A stretch of DNA of 52,651 bases, from IMG/VR virus record IMGVR_UViG_3300037010_002190, positions 1 through 52,651 of that record. The stretch is one strand, 5' to 3'. Of this stretch, positions 35,401-44,700 are shown one piece after another. Under the pieces are notes generated by a model. The model ran no database searches. It was not told where the DNA came from and worked only from the letters and a program-made list of their open reading frames with translations. Source of the stretch: a virus (taxonomy: Duplodnaviria; Caudoviricetes). How positions within the stretch are numbered: position 1 is the first letter of the stretch; every line of letters begins with the position of its first letter. The translations under genes and the position numbers were made by a program.

Positions 35401-35646
35401 TTCTTCGATATTACGCAGTGGGAATTTGGAGATACATTTTATTTTACAGAATTAGCTGCAGTGATTCATGCAACACTTCCTGTTGATATTGAGTCTGTTG
35501 TGATTGTTCCACAATATTCGTCAAACTATTTTGGAGATTTATTCCAAGTATATGCTAATGTTGATGAACTGTTTATTCCCGATGTGACGATTAATGACAT
35601 TGACATTGTTAGCTCATTTGGAAGGTCTACAATTAAACAAAGTTAG
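32467..35646 (+). CDS. gp6: Baseplate wedge protein (T4 gp6/baseplate J-like)
   Basis: FDYQTIK..L..Y, ENFL.TA....SVLRLA....Y, FGDG.F..IP, E.IE.IR..AP..Y.TQDRMV...DY. Confidence 0.88.
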   Translation: MSGRIISVAESWQAVYQAYQNVNFTAFDYQTIKQSLIDYIKLYFPENFNDFIESSEFIALIELFAYLGELMAYRVDMMTHENFLPTAQRKQSVLRLAKLIAYNASRNIPARGMVKITSVSTTETVYDSNGTNLAGRKINWNDPSNSNWKDQFILVMDRALSQPFGSVFPADRVQVQNVLFELYSMENVPFNPNVIPYSVSVSGQNYNMELVSAALNDNGPYEKRPEINVPMNILYGSDGLGDSSSGTGFFFYTKQGKLNLISQTFDGVTPNQTFDIGVTNINQTDVWVNNVSSDTLQIITGSVSSGSPLIQSNRSGEWVPVDLAQAQNIIYNTNIIRNKYEIETLNNDDVLFIFGDGEFATIPNGLFHFWVRTSANLDLVIPQSAINNIPSSLTYIDVNGNGQTLSFTFSATTTFQNAAPSEDIEHIRRMAPSVYYTQDRMVNGNDYNSFMLQDQTILKIVSFNRTFAGESNYTKYLEFNDPSGEYDNIKIFGDDLSLFVDTNTINLPDINAALSSTVVVQNYVQPLLSNIDLYMTRAMNGNDGYVNVTTFTQSEINTISNVDYSSLTAYLFYNTSVNPAIWDVETIQDGASLDPVTGDPIGLVHNSSYALPWVISITKGSTSDSWKVSYKGSKIIAESPSTKFFSANQNQVVNFDSLVSGYDSIVILKANEHKNRTGVLTSNVALTVTGQEFVTTGSGPITDIGLPNTSQLNVTYPNTNGNLLPDFPSSGVPLSDLIGPSISITQTMVTGAGGSYFYEFPFPILRSGSISDILISPATAIDTSHSGTAGGFITPVTGVVTGVYLKSAASIQISEYVYLTRPTTDSYWSVMDTTPTNLELFLTDTGNLYERKTGRSGFNFMWMHRTPNNRLIDPAAMNIIDTYIVTRGYYLNMRNWLSGFLPNEPDAPTPLDLLTSYSYLINNKMISDSLILHTGKFKILFGTNAPNELQARFKVIKSQNSTLTDNQIKLSIISKIQSFFDITQWEFGDTFYFTELAAVIHATLPVDIESVVIVPQYSSNYFGDLFQVYANVDELFIPDVTINDIDIVSSFGRSTIKQS

Positions 35647-35677
35647 TAACCCCCGGATTTTTGTTTTATTGAACAAT

Positions 35678-35685
35678 TATAAATA
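35678..35685 (+). promoter_or_regulatory. T4-late-type promoter TATAAATA
   Basis: Perfect motif upstream of the giant gene. Confidence 0.7.
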
Positions 35686-35717
35686 GAAGTTGATAATATA
35701 ACAATTGGTGTTAATTG

Positions 35718-38700
35718 ATGACAAACTTTTCCGATTACAAAAAAGTCAGAACAAACCTCTTTGAACAATTACCAGAAACGCTTCAGACAGATGTAAACGA
35801 AGCGTTTTTAGAAAACACGGTTAATCGTTATTTAACTAAATCTGAACTTTCCACTATATTTGGTACTATCGGAGAACAATCCCCATCCGTAGCTACATCC
35901 ACAAACATTGTAGAGTCTGAGGTTCAAAGACAAGCATATCAACTCCAGCCACTACTGTTCTCAAATATTGCGACTGTTAATCACATTTCATCTTACTCTG
36001 ACATTTTACGAGAAGCAGAAAATTTGGGTGTGGATCCACTCAGGCTACCACAATGGGGTAATACTACATCTTTTAACTTTGCTCCTCCGATAGATTTTGA
36101 TAAACTAGTTAACTGGTATCAATATTTTTGGTATGACGTTGGGAATCCAAATTCTTCTCCACAATACATCACGATAAAAAACAATTGTGCTGTTTCTACT
36201 GCACAATTGAAAACAAAGCAAACACAATATGATAATTTAATTCAATCTGGAGGAACACCGGCTGAGTTAGCCGCAATCCAAGTAGAACTTAATATTCTTG
36301 AGATTGCAAACAATTGTGCATGTTATGGAAACAACAACACAGGATGGGGAACAACACAATGGGATGATAATCCACTAAATTGGTGGAAAGAAATTAACCC
36401 AAGTATAATAACACCAAGCTCTCCATCTAGCGGTGACTTGTGGTTTAATACCAGTACATCTCAGTTGATGTACTATGATGGAACAGCATGGGAAATATTC
36501 ATTCCGGCTGAAACATCTTTTGGTAGTTTTGCATGGGATATGATTTCAAGCAGTATAGCTGGGATATCATGTAAAATGCAAAATGATCCATGGTCTCAAC
36601 AAAATAAATGGGTCCACCAAGAAGATGTACCAAACGTCGCTATTGCTAAGCGGGCTCAAATGCCAATAATTGAATATAATCCATTCCTTGAACTCAATGA
36701 GTGGACATACACGAAACGTATTTGGTCATACAGAGATTCATATTTGGATAACTGGACCACAGTAACAACATCCCCATCTTTATATGAGATGGGAATACCA
36801 ATAAATGTTACCAATATACAGAATCCAAAGTTAATCACAGTATCTGGAGACCATACAGAAATATTAACTAGAACGAATAAAATCAGGATTAGTGTTGGAT
36901 CGATAAATTCATTTTTCACTGTTGTATCTTCATCGTTTTCAGCAGCTAGTAATACTACAACGATGGTAGTGGTAGAATCTATTTCAACATTACTCCCATT
37001 CTCAAGTAATACTGTGGTAAAATTTGAATTAACAACAACTCAGAGTGGGAAGCCATGGGGTGGGTTTTTAAAACATTGGGCGTTGCTGACATCTGAAACT
37101 CCTGTTCCAATCAATACTCAGGTTGAGAATCCTGTAGTACTCTTGGAATCGTTCACTCAAAACTCTGTCGATCAACAAGTTTTTATGTTAACAAGTAATA
37201 CCTTTCTTACATCTCAAGACACAATCAGAGTATATGTTAATGGTCAGAGACAATATGGGACTTTCTTGGAGGGTTGGTCAACTACAGGAACCAACTTTAT
37301 TAGTACAGATGATGCTACATATAGTAGCATCAGTGGAACGAACTATGTCGGTCAGTCCGGAAAAATATATAATGGAGTATTAGGAAATGCTATTAGTTTC
37401 TTAAGAGTCCCAAAATTTGGATCAACGATTAGAATAGAACTTCATCCAGCTGCTTTGTCTGATCAATATCTCGGAGCTGTAGAAGTCAGAACAAGCACTG
37501 ATGCTGATTTTAACACAACACTGTTTCAAACAGATTATATAACTTTAGCAAATTTTAGAAAAGTTGATCAAGTTAAAACACAGACAAACCAGTACCCTAT
37601 ATTCGATTTGTTTGACGCAGCTGGGAACACCGCATATCAAGCGAACAGCATATTTGTATTTGAAGAAAATCAAAACTTTGCAATAAACACTAATATTGGG
37701 AAACGAATCGTTGTTAAATCAACAAACGCATCTCCCAAAGATTATAGTTTTCAGCAACTGTTAGTTGACCCATTGACGGGAAGTTTACTGTGTTATAAGG
37801 ATATGTGGGGGGTCAGTTCAACAAATCCTGAAGGTCTCCAGTCAATTTGGAGAACTGGAGTAACAGACAATGAATATATCCCAAAATATGTTAATGAATA
37901 TAGATTAACAGATGGAGAACAGTACACAGACTCCACAGGAGCAGTACAAACCGTTGATTTGCAAATAGGAAGTTCAGGAGGTTGTTGGGAGATTCCACAA
38001 CAACTGGTTTATAATGTTCATCACGAAAACAGATCCACGTTGTTATTTTCTGAATTGTATTCTCACTTAAAATCGATAATTGATGCTCAACCACAGCCTC
38101 AAGGATTTGAGAACATGACATCTAGTTATTATAGACTCATTGAAAATCCAAACTATGGGTTAGGTGGAACTATAAAGGAGTTTAACGACAGTTATGATAC
38201 GTTCTTGTCTGCATTGTTCCAAACAACCAGCACACCGAGATCTATTATCGATTTTGCTCAGACCCAAAATGACTATAATATTTTATCGTTACAGGATTAT
38301 TGTATTAAGAATTTTGTATCTCTTATTACTGGAACAACCAACACATTTGTTGTTGCATCAGATGTTTATGATTTGTTTGCAACTAAAGCGATTGAGAACT
38401 TTGAACAAAATAGTTTGAATATTTCTGTGTTTGGTGACACGACGGCTTATGATTCTGTATCAGGGAAGGGTGTTAAGAACTGGATAGCAACACTACCATT
38501 TCTCAAATTAGCATATCCAGTAACACCACTCGTTATGATAGATGAACAACTTGGAATCAAACAAGTGATGCATCATGACGGACACATATCTAGTATTAAT
38601 CTTCCAACTTCAACTGTTCAGTCATTGAACAATCAAGTAATTACCATTACAAATGGAGCTAAAGGATCACACAACTCAAGACCTATATGGACTGGAGTAT

Positions 38701-41700
38701 ATAATGGAATGTTCTGGTTAAATGTAGTGACAAACACTCTTTACAGGTTTACTGTAGCTGAAGTAGGTCCAACAATTCCTCCAACAACATACGAAATTGG
38801 ATCTTTGTGGTTGAACGATTTAACAGGATTATTATATAAGAGGTCATCAGCAAATCCACAGGGATGGGAATTAGTTTCAGGTGTTGTTGGAGATGTTGAA
38901 ATGGCTTGGGTTCAAGCAGATATTGAAACAATTATTGTTAATGTTATATATCAAACAGAAATGAAGTTGTATGAAGCTGTGCCTGCATTTGAGCAGCTTG
39001 TGTTTGACTTTAACTCATTAGTGACTACTCAACCTAACAACTCAGTTCAAGGAACAGAACAAAATACATTCGTTAGCTATTTACAAAATCAATATTATGA
39101 TTACGTCCAACAAACTCATTCCGATCCATTAACAACCACGTTCAAACTGAGTGACCCATTTACTTGGAACTATAGCAGTGTAACTAATATTCCTCCTGTA
39201 AAAAGCAATGGTTCTGCAACAGAGTGGAGTGGTAGTTGGGAATCAATATATGAACTCAACTTTGGGACTGCATACCCTCACATTCTTCCGTGGAGACTGC
39301 AAGGGTATTTTGATAAACCAACATGGTGGGATCTTGAGTATGCAGATCACACCGGAGTTCGTCGTTGGTCAACTCAGATGTGGACTAATATCAAAAATGG
39401 TGTAATTCCAGTTGGATATAATACCCCTACAGGGGTAGCTGGAACTGGTTTTGTTAGTCAAGTAGATGGTTATTATTTTATGTGTGTGGATACATTGACA
39501 GATCAGTTATTACCACCATATGTTTCCGGTAGCACACAGACGTTTTTAAATGATTATAGCATATACATTGCTCCTGTGGGGTCAACGTTGAATGATTCGT
39601 TTAGTTTTGGAAATCAGGGTCCAACAGAAAGGTCCTGGAGAATTTCAACATATTTCAATTATGGTTTATTGCACATTGCTTTTAGAATGCAGCCTGTTAA
39701 ATTCTTACATTCGACGTTTGGTCCATCGTTCATAGAAGTTGCTGGATTGCAGGTTGATCTAAGTTCACAAAAAGTGTATTCACACAAAGACGCAGTGTTT
39801 CATGGAGATTTAGACCAGAACAACCAAGTTATTAAAATAGCTGGTCTAAACCAGTGGTATGTTAATTTCAATAGATTTAATGATTTAGATATTAATGTAT
39901 CTAATTTTAGAGAAACATGGACAAGCTGGGATGCATTATTATCATACCAAACCGAATCTTTTGTTAATACCAAATCTTTACAAATATATAATGACAATTT
40001 TTCTGTTATTCCAGAAGATTATCAAGTTTTAGTTAAAAAAACTCCTGATTTGTCTGATTATTGGATTGATACATTGTTGGTGACTACCCAAACTGTTGGT
40101 AAAGATTGGTCAGTATCTGATAATTTTAAAATCCCACGGTATGATGGAGATGATTGGACATTTAGTGTACACACACCTTCACCAATCCAACATGGATTAA
40201 CTTACTATGGTGTTAAGAAATATCCTTGTGTTTTTGATCCTATATCAGACAAGGGATTTATTCCGAACACGATGTCTCTCCCTTGGGCTATACTAAAAGG
40301 ATCTATCCAACCTGGACAAGAGGTAATATACGAACCGGATGATACATTAACTTGGTTTACAGGATCTCCAGTTCAGGTATCTTCTTTGGGATCTTTACCT
40401 GCTCCGTTAATTGCAAATACTACGTATTATATCATCAAAGAAGATGACCAAACGTTTAAGCTGGCAACTTCTTATACAGATGCAGTTGTGGGTTTAGCGA
40501 TTGATATAATTACAACTACAACAAGCCAAGTTTATGTTGAGGAAGTTGCATCAACATTCATTGCTTTGGATGGAGTTAGGACTTCAAATGTTTGGAACCA
40601 CCTATCAATCGATAAACGTTTTGTCTATCAAGATAACACTCCTGGAGTTTATAGAGGAGTACAAACTTTAATTAACGTAATTGATGGGTATGTTTCCTAT
40701 TTGAAAGATCTGGGTTGGAGTTTTAATCAATCTGAATCAACGGAAATTGACATCGATACAGGGAAAATTGTAAGTTGGCAAAATGAGATTGAACGCTTGA
40801 TCACAAGCATATACACTGGTTTGGGGACTGTTACTGTAATGTACAATACAGGTTCTCACGTATCTAATGTGGTTGAATATCAAGAGGTTAATCCATTCAG
40901 AAATAATGTTTGGTTCAATACACCTCGTGGAATCGTGTCAGACATATACACAGGGTCATATACCGACATCCGTACAGAGACTACAGTGTACGACCAATCC
41001 GGAAATACACTTCCAAGTGATTATTTGTATGTATTCCGCTCAGACTTGAGAACTAGACTTCGTGGATGTTCTTTAAGTGGTAGTGTATATTCTCAGTCCG
41101 GCAGAACTAATATGACTGATGATGAAACGATAAGACCATATAATGATCCACACATTGGTGGTATGCACTTATTTATCGATGGTTATGAACATATTATTAT
41201 GTTTAATGATTACACTTCAGAAGGATATCTTGTTTTTGATCCTTTCTTGGGTCTTAGTGCTTCTAAATTTACCTTAGATTTTGAGAAGAACACATCGATT
41301 ACATATAGACCGAACGTCGGAGGTTATTATCTCAGTGAAGGTCAATTGGTACAGAATATAGAAAATTCTGTTGAAACTATGGGTATGTATTATGATACAT
41401 ATCAAGTCAATGAAACTTCGAATTATATTGATTACGCACGATCATTATTAGGATACCAACCTCCAAAGTATCTTGATCAACTAGGAATGAGTTCAAAATC
41501 TAAGTTCATATTCTGGAGAGGTATGATTCAAGACAAAGGCTCAGTGAATGCTCTTACGTCTTTCATAAATGCAAAAGATTTTGTGAGTGTAAAAGTTGAT
41601 GAAATATGGGCTTATAAAATCGGTGAATTTGGAAACGTTGATAATAAACAATATTATGACATCAACATTCAACCAAAAGATATTGGAAAAAATGAATTAA

Positions 41701-44700
41701 GACTACAATTCACAACAGCAGATAATCCTGTTGAACAAACATTCGTTGAAATTGCTACCAACGATCAAGTTCGTTGGGAACATCTACCAGATCAACAACA
41801 ATATGTCAATTCAACCACTAATTTATATTTTGAAGCAGATATTACAAATTCAACAACGATTCAAGTAAACAACTCACTAGAGGTTTACGAGCCAGGATTT
41901 AACGGTCCGAACATCGACGTTCATATTCCAAACGTCGGAGTTGTCGACGGGGTGATGGTTGTAGTGCATGATACAAAAGATTCTGTTTCTTCTGTTTTAG
42001 TTCCAAATGAGGATTATGTGAGAGATAATAATGACGTTCTGACAATTCTCTCAGATTTTGATAGTCAAATTGGTTTTGATAATGATGTGTACATTACTAC
42101 TTATCTAACCACAATGAATAAGTCAAAATACAATCCAGCATTCTTGATCGATAAGAAGACTATGAGTAAATTGGCTACAATAATGTTGTGGCACCCTGCA
42201 GTTGGATTCCACTATCAGGTCCCCATGAGTTTAATTGACTCATATCAGGATTTGGATAATGCTGTGTACAACAACACTTTATTGTTAAATAATGTGGATG
42301 CTCCTAATCCTTTAAAGGCTTGGAGTGTAGCTGAGAGTGGCAAGATTTGGTTAAGAACAAACTCTATTGATTATGTTCCATATTACAATTCTACAATATT
42401 CCCTGATGTTCGAGACCGAATTCGTAATTGGGGAAGATTGGCTGATTGGAGTGCCTTTGATGTTTATCAATGGACAGAATCTCCTGTTCCACCAGCACAA
42501 TGGACTCAGTATGTAACCCAATCTGTTAATAATGTACAGATTGCCCAAAATGATAAGCCAACAGGTATTCCGTTACAAAATCTGTTACGCAGATGTACGT
42601 ATGTTGCTTCGGATCTTACAACGCAGACAACAGATTGGGAATCTTTGATTTATGATCCATTTATTGAACGGAACGTTTACGTTGATGGGAACGGTGTAAT
42701 TATTCCTTCCAACTCCGGACAAATACAGGCTGTGAGTGTTACTTTTGGTGGAGGGGGGTACGAAACATCTCCAAACATTGCAATATCAGGGGGAGGTGGT
42801 TCTGGGTGTGTAACAACAGCACAGATTGGGATTGTAAATCCTGTACCCACAGGATATCCGCTTAGTACAACAATGAAAGTTATAAATGGTGGCACGGGGT
42901 ATTCTGTAAGTTCTCCTCCGTCTATCAACATTGTAGGTCCTACAATCGGAACCGTAGCAACAGCAACTGCCACTGTAGTTCAAAAAACTATTAAGTACGT
43001 TTCAAACATCACATTAACAAACGGAGGAAGCAATTTCTCTTCTGGTTCTACTGTACAGGTTACAATCGAGAGTGTTGATGGAAATGGATCTGGAGCAGAG
43101 GCAGAAGTAGTGCTGGCTCCTATTTCGACTACAACAGGGTTGTTTATTGAAGACATTGTTGTTTCAAATGGTGGAGATAATTATCGTTACGATGAAGTTA
43201 AGCCAATCTTTGTACCAAACAACAACCCAAATATTCCAACTCTTCTGGCTGTTGGTTATGCCCAGGTAGTGTCGGGAGGAATTTTTGAACTGGAAATTCA
43301 TAACTCTGGATCTGGCTACACTGTTGATGGAGTGTTTGATGTTCGTCTTTATTCAGTTGATGGTTCCGGTTACGGAGCTGCTGGAACAGTAACAATTTCT
43401 GGAGGATCAGTATCTGATGCTCAAATCACAAACCCAGGATCTGGATATTCACAGAATGCTATCGTAGAACTTTCTAGTTCATATTCTGGCTCTGCAACAA
43501 CTACTTTTTCCATAGTTGGAGTTATGAAGGGGTCTATTGGTTCGGTTACTTTAGCGTCAGATGTAGGTGCTATTAATTGGTATAATCCTCCTCTGTGGGA
43601 TTGGACAAACAAAACAGTTCCTTTAACGATGACTACTCCTTCTGGAAGTGGAACTGGAGCACTTTTCAGTGTTGAACTTGGAAATGCTGGTTTCACATAT
43701 GTTCAAAGTATCAAGGTTACTAATGGTGGTTCTGGATTTACATCAGCTCCAATTATAACAATAACCGATCTTACAGGAAAAGGTGCTGGTGCATCAGCAA
43801 CAGCTCAGGTTAGTCAAGAAATAACTGGGGTAGTTGATACGATTACAGTAACAAATGTTGGAAGTGGATACACAATAGTACCTACTGTTGTGATTGACAG
43901 CCCTCCAGGATACAGTCCAGGTTCAATTGCTTACTCAAAGGCCTCAGCTATCGCGTCAATTTCAGCAAATAACTCATCTGGTGTAACAGGAATAACACTG
44001 AAGAGTAGTGGTGAAGGATATACAATTGCTCCATCAGTCGTGTTTGAAAATACTGGGACTGGTGGAATTGGTGCAGAAGCTCATGCTGTATTAAAGTTTA
44101 TTGAAACGGGACGAGTTGATAGCATTGTTGTTACAAATGGTGGTTTAGGATATACATCAGTTCCAGAGATTAAAATAAACGACGATGGAGTTTTCGGGGC
44201 CCCTGCAGGTAATGGAGCGACAGCAGTTGCTACATTAACACAAATTCCTACCGGAACAGTATCTTCTATTACTATTAATGATGGTGGAACTTACTTGTTT
44301 GAACCTAACTCATTAGCAGACACAGGATCGGTAGCAATTGATATTAATTCTTCTGGTTCTGGAATTGGAGCAACTGCAACTGCAACATTATCTGACGTAA
44401 AAACTATGTCAAATTACATTAAAACTCTTTCGTTGGGTTCTGGAGGAAATAAGTATGAGCTCGAAGATGTTAGAAATAACCTAGTTCAAGTTTTAGCTTC
44501 CGACCCAAATGGAGGTGGAGTCCCAGCATTGGTTGGATATGGAGTTATGGATTCTGGAGGAGTTACAAGAGTTGAGGTTGAGAATCCTGGAAGTGGTTTA
44601 CAAGATAACACATATTCACTAGACTTCTTCGGAAGTGGATATGGAGCTTCTGCAACTGCTATTGTATCAGGTGGAAGAGTTGTATCAGTTTCCGTAACCA